A stretch of DNA of 34,594 bases from an uncultured Aminicenantes bacterium (lineage in GTDB: Bacteria > Acidobacteriota > Aminicenantia > UBA2199). Of the stretch, positions 8,354 to 18,233 are shown one piece after another. The DNA lies in assembly GCA_965195285.1 (NCBI GenBank), contig CBDAFS010000032.1, positions 1-34,594 of the forward strand, read 5' to 3'. Made by a program: the position numbers and the translations under genes. How positions within the stretch are numbered: the first letter of the stretch is position 1; every line of letters starts with the position of its first letter. The notes under the pieces were generated by a model, which had not been told where the DNA came from, made no database searches, and saw only the letters and a list, made by a program, of their open reading frames with translations.

Positions 8354-10129
8354 ATGAAGACGAAAATACTAATACCCTTTCTACTGTGTTCACTTCTGGT
8401 TTCTTTTCAATTGTATCCAACTGAAATCATGAAACTGTCGGAAATAAAACCGGGGATGGAAGGAATCGGGAGAACCATTTTTAAAGGTTCCAAAATCGAA
8501 ACCTTTACCTTCAAAATCCTTGGCTTTCTGGAAAAATTTGTACCGGACAAGAATTTGATTTTGGTGGAACTCGAGCCTTCCGTTTTCAAAGAGATGGGGG
8601 TTGTGGCCGGTATGAGTGGTAGTCCCCTGTATATTGACGGTAAGCTGATCGGTGCCGTGGCCTATGGATTCAGTTTTTCAAAGAAAGCCCTGGCCGGTGT
8701 CACACCCATTGAGGATATTATCAAGACCTCCGAGTATAATAATCAGCGGTATTCCATTGATATATCCAACATAAAAATCGAATTTGATAAAAAGAGCACG
8801 GCCGGCATCCTGGATCTGATCCAGCAGGAATTGATCAGACGCTCCAATTTCGGGGCCATCCGGGAGATTTCTCCCATTAAATTGATATCCGACCAACGGG
8901 GATTGAATCCATCCACTCTGAATTTTCTGAATCCGATTTTTTCTCCGGCAAGCAGTTTGAAAATATCCGCCCAGTTGAAAAAGGATACCTTGAATCCGGA
9001 TTTTTTCAAAATTGCTCCTGCCGATGCAGCGACCATTCCCCTACTGACCGGTGATTACGAATACAAGGCTTCCGGAACCGTGACCCATGTTGATGGCAAC
9101 AAGGTTTATTTGTTTGGCCATCCTTTTTTTAACCTTGGTTTGGTTGATTTCCCCCTGTATAAGGGCGAAGTGATATCCGTAGTGCCTTCATACCAGAGTT
9201 CTTTCCGGCTGACCGGATCCAGGCAAATGGTAGGTGCCGTGGTTCAGGACCGTTTTTCCGCGGTCCAGGCTGAGCTGGGTCGAACCCCATACATGATCCC
9301 CCTGAAAGTGTTTTTAAAAAACAGAAATCGAAAATTTGCAGTGCAGATGGTGAATCATCCGCTGCTGACCCCGGCACTCTCTCATATCTCTCTGGTCAAT
9401 ATTTTTCAGTCTGAATACCAGCAGTATGGCTTTTATTCGATGGAGGTCAAGGGGAAAATTTTTATAGAAAACGAGCAAAATATTAACATTAATGATATCT
9501 TCAGTGGAACCAATGCCTTTGAAGAGTTTTCAAACCTGGTTCTGGCCATCAACTTTTTCCTGATGAATAACCGGGAAAAGGCCATAAAAATCCAGAAAAT
9601 GGATTTTGAAATAAGCGGTTCGGAAAACATCAGGCGAGCCAGCATTGAAAATGTCATCATCGATAAGTTTGTCTATTCTCCCGGTGAAATAATGGATGTC
9701 CGCCTTTTTTTGGACAACGAGAGGGGAAACTCTTTCAAAGAGAAAGTCAATATTAAAGTTCCCAATCTAAAGCCCGGTTCAATTTTCTACCTGCTGGTGG
9801 CGGATAAGAATGAATTGATGAAATTTGATTCGAAAAATATCAAGGTCAGTTATTTCCCCCAAAAGCTCAATTCTCTGATCCGGGCCATCAATAATTTGCG
9901 CAAAAACAACAGGATTTATTTCAAGATCATAACCCCGGTACAGGGCTTGTTCATTAAAGGTTACGAATATTCCAATCTGCCCATGACCATGCGAAATGTG
10001 TTCCGGTTCAATTCGACTTCAATGGACCAGTCTGAAATGCGGTTTTCAACCCTGACCGAATACCAGATGGAAGTGCCGGCAGTTGTAAACGGGAAAAAAC
10101 TGTTTAAATTAAAGATTAAAGAGAGGTAA
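8354..10129 (+). CDS. secreted SpoIVB-like peptidase S55 domain protein
   Basis: Signal-peptide-like MKTKILIPFLLCSLLVSFQL at ATG 8354. AGMSGSPLYIDGKLIGAV S55 serine motif and a later FGHPF motif. Confidence 0.85.
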   Translation: MKTKILIPFLLCSLLVSFQLYPTEIMKLSEIKPGMEGIGRTIFKGSKIETFTFKILGFLEKFVPDKNLILVELEPSVFKEMGVVAGMSGSPLYIDGKLIGAVAYGFSFSKKALAGVTPIEDIIKTSEYNNQRYSIDISNIKIEFDKKSTAGILDLIQQELIRRSNFGAIREISPIKLISDQRGLNPSTLNFLNPIFSPASSLKISAQLKKDTLNPDFFKIAPADAATIPLLTGDYEYKASGTVTHVDGNKVYLFGHPFFNLGLVDFPLYKGEVISVVPSYQSSFRLTGSRQMVGAVVQDRFSAVQAELGRTPYMIPLKVFLKNRNRKFAVQMVNHPLLTPALSHISLVNIFQSEYQQYGFYSMEVKGKIFIENEQNININDIFSGTNAFEEFSNLVLAINFFLMNNREKAIKIQKMDFEISGSENIRRASIENVIIDKFVYSPGEIMDVRLFLDNERGNSFKEKVNIKVPNLKPGSIFYLLVADKNELMKFDSKNIKVSYFPQKLNSLIRAINNLRKNNRIYFKIITPVQGLFIKGYEYSNLPMTMRNVFRFNSTSMDQSEMRFSTLTEYQMEVPAVVNGKKLFKLKIKER

Positions 10130-10130
10130 T

Positions 10131-12155
10131 ATGTTAAAAAAAAATATCATTCTGCTGATTTTTCTCTCACTGTTCCTATCACTGAATGCGGTTCAGGTAA
10201 AAAAAGTAGAGGCCCGGTATTATAAGAATTTTGAGAAGGGAGAGCTCAAGGGAACCAGTATTGACAGTCAGGGACGTCTGTTTCTGGGCCCGCAAATCAC
10301 GACTATTAAGGGGCCTGAGAGGGAATATTACCTTTCAGCGGATATTTCCAAAAATGGTGACCTGTATATCGGAACCGGTCATCAATCTGTTCTGTATCGG
10401 GTGAATTCTCAAACCCAGGCAGTTGAAAAAATTTTTGAGAGTGAGCAACTGGACTTTTATGCATTGTTGATAAACCGGAATAATGAAATATACGTGGGTT
10501 CATCTCCCAATGGAAAAGTTTATCATATCGATAAGAAAAAAAAGGTGAAAGTGGTATTTGATCCCGATAACAAATTTATCTGGGAAATCAAAGAGGACCG
10601 CAACGGGGATATCATCTGTGCCGTGGGAAACAGCGGCGGACTGTATCGGCTAAAGGTCAGCGGTGAAGTCAGTAAAATTTGTGAAACCGAGGATTCCCAC
10701 CTGATCAGTCTTTATATTACCCGTGACAATTCCATTCTGGCCGGAAGTGGAGACCGGGGGGTACTATACAAGATTGAAAACCGCAAGGTGAAGGTTCTCT
10801 ATGATTCTCCTATGGAAGAGATACGGGGCATATGTGAGGACAAAGAGGGTAATATTTATTTTTCTGCTACCCGTGGGATTGTTAGAAAAAAACACCTTGA
10901 ATCGATTGATATGGAACCCATTTTCTCAAAAGACCCGGAGGAGATGAAAAAATATATAAAGGAAAAGAGTATTCTGTATTGTTTGCAACCCAATGGCACG
11001 GTGGAACCGATCTGGTCATCCATGGATGATTATATCTATACCATCTGTTATGACCCGAATGGCAACAGCATTCTGGTTGGCACCGGGAACTCGGGCCGTA
11101 TCTACCGGGTAAAAAAGGATGGCGGTTTTTCACTGATCTATGAGAGTGAATCCGCTCAGGTGTATAAAATCATCAGGAACAACAAGGGGTTTACCATTAT
11201 CGGCAATAACACCGCGGCTATTGCCAACTTGGGCGAGAATGTGATCAATAAGGGCTCTTTCTTGTCCGAAATCTATGACCTGGAAGTTCAATCAAAATTG
11301 GGTAGGGTGTACTGGGATTCGGACACCTCACCGAGCATGAAAGTGACCTTGTTTGTACGAGCCGGTAATTCTAACATTGCCGATAATACCTGGACCGATT
11401 GGTCACCTCCTTTTGCCGATAGCCAGAACTCCAGTATCAGTATTACCGGATACCGCTATTTTCAAATCAAGGTGATGCTCAATTCATCCAATATCGGGGG
11501 TACGCCCTATTTAAATGACTACCGGGTATATTATCTGCAGACCAACCTGAAACCCCGGATGAAAACCATTGAAATTAAAAAATCAAACCATAAAACATCC
11601 CGGCTGAACCAGAAAAAAAACACAAGCAAACCGGGAAAATATCTCCAGGTTAAGTGGATGGCCCAGGATCCCAATAATGATGAGCTGAAGTACTCTGTTT
11701 ACCTTAAAAAAACCTCGGACCGGAATTGGATTCCCATTAAAATGGATTTCGGGGAGAACACCCTGAAGCTGGATATGGAATTGTTTGAGGACGGATTGTA
11801 TGTCATGAAGGTCAATGCGGATGATTCCTTGGACAATCCTCCTTCCACTTCAAGATCTGCCTCAAAAATTTCCAAGAGTTTCATCATCGATTCTACGGCT
11901 CCCCGCTTGTCCGAATTGGTTCGAAGTGGCAATCAAATAAAATTCAAGGTCATGGATTTGACCTCGTTGATCTCGGAGGTTTTGTATTCCTATGATGGCA
12001 AATTGTGGTATCCGATCATTCCGGATGATATGATCAATGATTCCAAGCTGGAAAACTATGTGTTTCGGCTGAAGCCGGTAAATAAGAGGAAAATCATTTT
12101 TATAAAAATTGTTGATGAATTCGGTAATTCTAAAGTGTATCAAAAAGAGCTGTAA
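10131..12155 (+). CDS. secreted beta-propeller repeat protein with C-terminal FN3/Ig-like region
   Basis: Signal peptide. Repeated ~40-aa blades (LYIGTG, IYVGSS, ILAGSG, ILVGTG). WMAQDPNNDELKY...DGLYVMKV resembles FN3. Starts 1 bp after the S55 stop. Confidence 0.75.
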   Translation: MLKKNIILLIFLSLFLSLNAVQVKKVEARYYKNFEKGELKGTSIDSQGRLFLGPQITTIKGPEREYYLSADISKNGDLYIGTGHQSVLYRVNSQTQAVEKIFESEQLDFYALLINRNNEIYVGSSPNGKVYHIDKKKKVKVVFDPDNKFIWEIKEDRNGDIICAVGNSGGLYRLKVSGEVSKICETEDSHLISLYITRDNSILAGSGDRGVLYKIENRKVKVLYDSPMEEIRGICEDKEGNIYFSATRGIVRKKHLESIDMEPIFSKDPEEMKKYIKEKSILYCLQPNGTVEPIWSSMDDYIYTICYDPNGNSILVGTGNSGRIYRVKKDGGFSLIYESESAQVYKIIRNNKGFTIIGNNTAAIANLGENVINKGSFLSEIYDLEVQSKLGRVYWDSDTSPSMKVTLFVRAGNSNIADNTWTDWSPPFADSQNSSISITGYRYFQIKVMLNSSNIGGTPYLNDYRVYYLQTNLKPRMKTIEIKKSNHKTSRLNQKKNTSKPGKYLQVKWMAQDPNNDELKYSVYLKKTSDRNWIPIKMDFGENTLKLDMELFEDGLYVMKVNADDSLDNPPSTSRSASKISKSFIIDSTAPRLSELVRSGNQIKFKVMDLTSLISEVLYSYDGKLWYPIIPDDMINDSKLENYVFRLKPVNKRKIIFIKIVDEFGNSKVYQKEL

Positions 12156-12193
12156 TTCATTAAAAATGGGCATGTCATGAAAAAGGAGAAGCG

Positions 12194-13357
12194 ATGAATG
12201 TTCATGAATATCAGGCCAAGCAGATTTTCAGGGATTTCAAAGTTCCGGTTCCCCAGGGAGCAGTGGCTGAAGACGTCGATAAGGCCATTGTAAATGCGGA
12301 GTCAATAGGTTTTCCCTGTGTGATCAAGGCCCAGGTTCATGCCGGGGGTCGTGGGAAAGCCGGAGGTATCAGGCTCCTGCATAATATCGAAGAAGCGGAT
12401 AAGGCAGCCAGGGAAATCATCGGGATGAAACTGGTGAGCAAACAAACCGGTCCCTTGGGCAAACAGGTCCGGAAGGTGCTGATTGAACAGGCGCTGGAAA
12501 TTAAAAAAGAATTGTATCTGGCCATTATCGTGGACCGGGAAAGAGAGATGCCGGTCATTATAGCCTCGACCGAGGGCGGAATGGAAATCGAGGAGGTTGC
12601 AGCCAAAAGTCCTGAATTGATTGCCAAGATACATGTCCATCCGGTAACCGGTTTTTCGGGATTTCACTTTCGAAAATTGGTGTATTACCTGGATTTGACC
12701 AAAGAGCAGCAGAAGAATTTCTCCGGTCTGATAAAGAATCTGTATAAACTTTTCATGGAAACGGATGCCTCACTGGTGGAAATCAATCCCTTGATCATAA
12801 CCGATAGGGATGAGGTTGTTGCCCTCGACGGCAAGATAAATTTCGATGACAATGCGCTTTTCAAACATTCCCATATTCTTGAAATGAGAGATTTAGATGA
12901 GGAAGAGCCTCTGGAAGTTGAGGCGTCCAAGTATGATTTGAATTACATCCGGCTGGATGGTAATATCGGGTGTATGGTCAATGGGGCCGGTTTGGCCATG
13001 GCCACCATGGATATCATTAAATATTACGGAGGTGAGCCGGCCAATTTCCTGGATGTCGGAGGCGGAACATCCGAAGACCGGGTCAAAGAGGCATTTAAGC
13101 TTTTACTGGCTGATAAAAATGTCAAAACAGTATTTGTGAATATTTTCGGGGGCATTGTCCGGACCGACCTGGTGGCCAGAGGCATTGTGAATGCCATTAA
13201 GGTAATGGAAATCAACATGCCCATTGTCATACGATTGGTGGGGACCAATGAAGAAGAAGGGCGAAAAATTATCCGGGAGTCAGGGATCGATTTTGTGGTT
13301 GAGATGAGCTTGCCGGAAGCTGCTCAGAAAGCGGTTAATTTATCCAAAGGAGCATGA
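12194..13357 (+). CDS. sucC: succinyl-CoA synthetase beta subunit
   Basis: [34 protein letters not shown] and NFLDVGGG motifs. AAGGAG RBS. Confidence 0.97.
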   Translation: MNVHEYQAKQIFRDFKVPVPQGAVAEDVDKAIVNAESIGFPCVIKAQVHAGGRGKAGGIRLLHNIEEADKAAREIIGMKLVSKQTGPLGKQVRKVLIEQALEIKKELYLAIIVDREREMPVIIASTEGGMEIEEVAAKSPELIAKIHVHPVTGFSGFHFRKLVYYLDLTKEQQKNFSGLIKNLYKLFMETDASLVEINPLIITDRDEVVALDGKINFDDNALFKHSHILEMRDLDEEEPLEVEASKYDLNYIRLDGNIGCMVNGAGLAMATMDIIKYYGGEPANFLDVGGGTSEDRVKEAFKLLLADKNVKTVFVNIFGGIVRTDLVARGIVNAIKVMEINMPIVIRLVGTNEEEGRKIIRESGIDFVVEMSLPEAAQKAVNLSKGA

Positions 13358-13358
13358 T

Positions 13359-14237
13359 TTGTCAATACTGGTAGACAAGAATTCCAGAGTGGTGGTTCAG
13401 GGCTTTACCGGACGGGAAGGCACTTTTCACGCTACTCATATGATTGAGTACGGTACCAATGTGGTGGCCGGTGTGACCCCGGGGAAAGGGGGTACACGCC
13501 ATCTTGAGCGTCCGGTTTTCAATACGGTCGAAGCGGCAGTAACAAATTGGAGTGCCAATGTGTCGGTCATATTTGTACCGGCCGCTTTTGCAGCCGATGC
13601 CGTATTAGAAGCTGCCAGTGCGGGCATAAAGGTCATTGTCTGCATCACCGAGGGAATCCCGACTCTGGATATGGTTAAGGTTAAACATTTTTTAAAAACA
13701 ACCGAGTCGCGCATGATCGGACCGAATTGTCCGGGTATCATTACTCCGGGAGAAGCCAAAGTGGGTATCATGCCCGGGAAAATCCATCAGAAAGGCCGAA
13801 TCGGTGTGGTTTCCAGATCCGGAACCCTGACCTATGAAGCGGTTCACCAGATTTCAAACCTGGGTATGGGACAGTCGACTGCTGTCGGTATTGGTGGTGA
13901 TCCCATCATTGGCTCAAATTTCATTGATATCATTGAATTGTTTAACAAGGATAAAGAAACGGAGGCAATTGTCATGATTGGTGAAATCGGGGGATCTGCA
14001 GAAGAAGAAGCAGCCGTTTATATAAAGAAATATGTGGATAAGCCGGTTATTTCCTTTATCTCCGGTCAGACAGCACCTCCCGGAAGAAGAATGGGCCATG
14101 CAGGGGCCATAATTTCCGGAGGCAAAGGCACTGCTTCTGAGAAAATCCGAATTCTCAAGGAAAATGGAATTCGGGTTGTGGATACACCTGCTGAGATTGG
14201 AATCACCGTCAAACGGATCTTGGATAAGAACGGCTGA
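13359..14237 (+). CDS. sucD: succinyl-CoA synthetase alpha subunit
   Basis: TTG start. [30 protein letters not shown] and RMGHAGA (phospho-His) motifs. Confidence 0.97.
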   Translation: MSILVDKNSRVVVQGFTGREGTFHATHMIEYGTNVVAGVTPGKGGTRHLERPVFNTVEAAVTNWSANVSVIFVPAAFAADAVLEAASAGIKVIVCITEGIPTLDMVKVKHFLKTTESRMIGPNCPGIITPGEAKVGIMPGKIHQKGRIGVVSRSGTLTYEAVHQISNLGMGQSTAVGIGGDPIIGSNFIDIIELFNKDKETEAIVMIGEIGGSAEEEAAVYIKKYVDKPVISFISGQTAPPGRRMGHAGAIISGGKGTASEKIRILKENGIRVVDTPAEIGITVKRILDKNG

Positions 14238-14289
14238 TATTAAAATGAAGTATTGAATGTTTAACAGGAAAGAGTTAAGATAAAGATAA

Positions 14290-15240
14290 ATGGATAAAGA
14301 AGATATCCTTGACCCTTTTGAGAAAACAGTGGTCGATCCACTCAAAGTAAGGAGCAACCTTGACGAGGTTCCTTCCGAGCATCGATTCGATCTTATTTTT
14401 ACGGTCATGTCCGGGAATGAAACCGATTTTGGAAAAGTTTTTACTTTAAATCAGGACAGGATTTTGATAGGAAGGGATAAAGACAATGATATAATCCTGG
14501 ATGATCCCAAGATCAGTAAAGTCCATAGTGAAATCAATCCGATTTTTTCTGATGTCCTGGAACAAATCATCATCAAAGACCTTGATTCCACCAATGGTAC
14601 CTATGTGAATGGAATATTGATCAAACAGAACATTCTCAAATCCGGTGATAAAATTGAGATTGGTGAAACTGTTTTGCGTTTCAGTTATAATGATGAGGTT
14701 GAAGAAAGATACCATGCCAAACTGTTTACCTTTGCCTCAACGGATGCTCTGACTGGAATGTATAACAAAAGATTTATTTTGAATGAATTGGAAACCCTGA
14801 TTAAAATAGTCAAACGCAACCAGCGACAGTTCAGTATTGTGATGCTGGATATCGATGATTTCAAGGCTATCAATGATTCATACGGACATCTTGCCGGTGA
14901 TGAATATCTGAAGAAAATTGCCTCCACCATTTCCCGCAGTCTCAGGGAGCAGGACACGGCGAGTCGGTTTGGAGGGGAGGAGTTCCTCCTACTTCTGCCT
15001 GAGACCATGATCGATGGGGCCTGCAGATTGGCTGAAAGAATCAGGAAAAAAGTTGAGGAAATGGAATTGGATTTTCAGAGTCACTCCATTAAATCAACCA
15101 TTAGTGCGGGCGTTACCCAGTATGGTCCCGAAATTTCCGATGCGGAGAGTTTTATCAGAAGTGTCGATATTGCCCTGTATCGTTCGAAAAACGAGGGGAA
15201 GAACCGGGTAATGATAGCGGAAAAAAAAATAAATATTTAA
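14290..15240 (+). CDS. FHA-domain diguanylate cyclase
   Basis: FHA: IGR...ISKVH...DLDSTNGTYVNG. GGDEF: DALTG, DIDDFKAINDSYGHLAGD and GGEEF, preceded by an REQD I-site. Confidence 0.92.
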   Translation: MDKEDILDPFEKTVVDPLKVRSNLDEVPSEHRFDLIFTVMSGNETDFGKVFTLNQDRILIGRDKDNDIILDDPKISKVHSEINPIFSDVLEQIIIKDLDSTNGTYVNGILIKQNILKSGDKIEIGETVLRFSYNDEVEERYHAKLFTFASTDALTGMYNKRFILNELETLIKIVKRNQRQFSIVMLDIDDFKAINDSYGHLAGDEYLKKIASTISRSLREQDTASRFGGEEFLLLLPETMIDGACRLAERIRKKVEEMELDFQSHSIKSTISAGVTQYGPEISDAESFIRSVDIALYRSKNEGKNRVMIAEKKINI

Positions 15241-15264
15241 AAATTCCTTTTTGGGAGGTGTAAA

Positions 15265-15639
15265 ATGAGTCAGAGCGGGAAAGTAACTATTCTTAGTTTT
15301 ATTGCCATTTTGTTGATTGGGTATGGTGGTTTTGTGGCTATTAAACTGATCGGCTCGAGTTTTTCGGATAAACAGATAGAAAAGGAAGTCATCGAGATGC
15401 TGGGGACTACCCGGGGCAGTCATTTTACTTCTGAAATGGGAGTTGAGGCCATCATCAAGATTTTAAAAAAAAACCGGGTTATCTTTGATGAAAAGGATGA
15501 AGACATCGTGAGTGTGAATTTAAACCATAAAAAAGGTACCATCGAATTTTATTACCGTTATGAGGTGGAAATCAATCTGATTTTATTCAAGAAACGCCGG
15601 GTTGTTGAAATCAGGAATGAAGTCGGAGCCTATGCTTAG
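15265..15639 (+). CDS. small single-TM protein, possibly DUF4845/pilin-like
   Basis: GGAGGT RBS. N-terminal QSG followed by a hydrophobic helix. The family call is a resemblance only. Confidence 0.65.
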   Translation: MSQSGKVTILSFIAILLIGYGGFVAIKLIGSSFSDKQIEKEVIEMLGTTRGSHFTSEMGVEAIIKILKKNRVIFDEKDEDIVSVNLNHKKGTIEFYYRYEVEINLILFKKRRVVEIRNEVGAYA

Positions 15640-16699
15640 TGAAAACAGAGACCTTTTTTATATCAAACTCTTTACCGGTTTTATAGCCACTGTTATTTTT
15701 GTTCTCATTTTAAAGCAACTAAAAACAGTTTTTTTACCGCTCTTCATGGCCCTGTTGCTGTATTTTTTATTTAACGGAGTGGTAAAAAAATTAATATTCT
15801 CCAGGATATTATCCAAAATACTACCCTTTAAGCTGAAAAAAATTGTGGTTCTGTTTTTTTTACTGGTTTTTATCTTCATTATTTTTTATTTTCTGGGTGT
15901 TCTGGTTTATGCCATGGCCACATCATTTATAAAAAAATTTCCGGGCTATAGTGACAAAATCGGAATGCTAATTGAAAATCTGTCCGAACTCGTCAAAGTT
16001 CCCATCAGTGATGTGAATAGTTATATCAATAATATGGATTGGAGCCAATCCATCAACACCATCACTTCTGTGGTTTCATCTACTTTTGGCAGTTTCGCTT
16101 CATTTATGGGTAACCTGGTGCTGGTGGTGATATTTTTAATGTTCATGCTGGCAGGCAGACAGTCAATGGTCAACCGGGTCAATAAGGCCTTCAATGAATC
16201 CAAGGGTGATAAAATCATATTTGTCTTGAATTCAATCGAAGATCAAGTTCAACAATATCTGTTAATCAAAACCTCAGTCAGTGTGTTGACCGCAGTGGTG
16301 AGTGGTTTTATTCTTTATTTTGGTGGTTTTGACTTTGTCATATTTTCGGCTTTTCTTATTTTTATTCTCAATTTCATTCCCAATTTCGGATCTGTGATTG
16401 CCACTGTATTTCCCATTCTGATCGGGTTGATAAACCATGGGTTTTCTGTCCGGGTACTGATAGTTGGCCTGGCCTTGATTTTGACCCAGATGATTGTTGG
16501 AAATGTGATCGAACCCTCAATCGCCGGAAAAAAATTGAATCTCTCCCCCATTGTTATTTTGATTTCTTTGATTTTCTGGGGCTTGATATGGGGTGTTATC
16601 GGCATGATATTAGCCGTACCATTGACCTCGGCCATAAAAATATTATTCGAGCATATCGATTCCCTGAAACCGGTGGCCAGTTTGATTAGTGCCGAGTAG
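15632..16699 (+). CDS. AI-2E (PerM/TqsA) family transporter
   Basis: Multi-TM. LNFIPNFG, GNVIEP and FWGLIWGVIGMILAVPL motifs. GGAG RBS before ATG 15632. Confidence 0.9.
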   Translation: MLSENRDLFYIKLFTGFIATVIFVLILKQLKTVFLPLFMALLLYFLFNGVVKKLIFSRILSKILPFKLKKIVVLFFLLVFIFIIFYFLGVLVYAMATSFIKKFPGYSDKIGMLIENLSELVKVPISDVNSYINNMDWSQSINTITSVVSSTFGSFASFMGNLVLVVIFLMFMLAGRQSMVNRVNKAFNESKGDKIIFVLNSIEDQVQQYLLIKTSVSVLTAVVSGFILYFGGFDFVIFSAFLIFILNFIPNFGSVIATVFPILIGLINHGFSVRVLIVGLALILTQMIVGNVIEPSIAGKKLNLSPIVILISLIFWGLIWGVIGMILAVPLTSAIKILFEHIDSLKPVASLISAE

Positions 16700-16700
16700 C

Positions 16701-18065
16701 CTATTCTGTGGAATTACCGGAAGCGTTACCGGCTTGCAGTTGCTCGGGGAGAACCGGGCGGGTCATCAATTTGAGATATTCCCTCCACTGTTGTTCAGGA
16801 TTGGCTTTTCCGGCTTTGCTCAAAATATGATTCCTTACCAAATCCTCACCAATGGAATAGGTAAGGATATAGCTCCGATAGATCTTAATAAATTCCAGTG
16901 ACTGCCGGGCGGATGCCAAGCTGCGGATAAGAAATTTCCGGATGAGCTCTGTAGCCTCTGCCGGAGATATATTCTCATCCAGAAAATCCCGGGCGATCAG
17001 GTTTCGGGCATGTTTGAGTTTTTTTACATACTTCAGGACCCGGTGGTAAAGCTCCAGGTTTTTTGGATTTATTCCGGCCAGAGGACATAATATTTCGCTT
17101 TCGAATTTTAACCGATCGGCTTCCGGAAATGCCAGTTCGATGCCAAAATTGGCCAATCCCTCCGAAATGACCGACAGAGGGCTGAAGAGGGGGTATATGG
17201 AAAATTCCAACCATCCCTTTTCCCGGTACAGAGTCTTTTCCAGAAACCCGTGAAAAACATGATGTCCCGGATAACCCTCATGGCAGGCCAAATCGATGAC
17301 CTGTTCCAGTGAGAGAGGAATGTCGGTGTTGATCTGGATCAGACTTCTGCCATTTCCCTTGAACCAGTTATAGGCCAACCAGGACTGGTTGTTGACCAGT
17401 TCCAGAGTAAATTGTTCATCCGGGCGCAGAGGCAGCCATTTTCGGGTCCTCTGTTTGGCCTCTTTCAGGGCAGCCCTGAATACAGCTTCGACTTTTTCAG
17501 GGGGAACGGTGAACTGCTCCCTGAACAATTTCATTCGGTTTTCCAGATCCCCTTTGCCCGGTAGTAAGGCTTCCAATTTTTTTCGGATTTCATAGAATTC
17601 GGATAATTTTATGTCCGGCAGGATGATATTATAAAGCCCCTCGCTTTCTTCATCAAAACTGAGTTTTTCCCTGCTCAGCAACTTGATCCGGGTTGCCATG
17701 GACTGAATCAGCCTAGACAAAAATCGGTGCCTCAATCGGCTGTCTGGTGACAGATTGGAAACGGTAATCTGGTGCAAAGACCGGGATAATTTTTGGACAG
17801 CCTTTAGGATGTTGTCCAGGGGCATGTCTTTTTTCAGGACTTTTTTCTTCAGGTCCAGAGGCCCGAAGTAAGCATCCACGTAATGCTTGTCGGTCTTGGA
17901 CAGGCAAAAGGCCAGGACAATGAATTTTTCGGCGATCCGGTTCATCTGTTTATGTGCATTTACTGTGTTTGGGGTCGTTTCGGTGCCGGGAAGATAAATG
18001 GTCAGGACCAGTATCAGCAAGGTCACCAGACCTGAAATCCGGATGACAATAGCAGGTACTCTCAT
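16701..18065 (-). CDS. exported DUF885-like putative zinc metallopeptidase
   Basis: AGGAG RBS before ATG 18065, an N-terminal hydrophobic segment, HEGYPGHH and a downstream SEGLA motif. Confidence 0.75.
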   Translation of the reverse strand: MRVPAIVIRISGLVTLLILVLTIYLPGTETTPNTVNAHKQMNRIAEKFIVLAFCLSKTDKHYVDAYFGPLDLKKKVLKKDMPLDNILKAVQKLSRSLHQITVSNLSPDSRLRHRFLSRLIQSMATRIKLLSREKLSFDEESEGLYNIILPDIKLSEFYEIRKKLEALLPGKGDLENRMKLFREQFTVPPEKVEAVFRAALKEAKQRTRKWLPLRPDEQFTLELVNNQSWLAYNWFKGNGRSLIQINTDIPLSLEQVIDLACHEGYPGHHVFHGFLEKTLYREKGWLEFSIYPLFSPLSVISEGLANFGIELAFPEADRLKFESEILCPLAGINPKNLELYHRVLKYVKKLKHARNLIARDFLDENISPAEATELIRKFLIRSLASARQSLEFIKIYRSYILTYSIGEDLVRNHILSKAGKANPEQQWREYLKLMTRPVLPEQLQAGNASGNSTE

Positions 18066-18233
18066 GTTTGATCTCCTTTTTCCCTCTCCTCTTTGACATT
18101 GGAATATTGATTGTCTGCAGCCATTTTGAAATGGGAGAGAATGAGTTAAAAAGAAGTTTATCATAAATCATCTTCAATTTCTACTTTCGACTTCACCATA
18201 AAAAATCGGTAGTTCCAATAATGACAAATTGGT

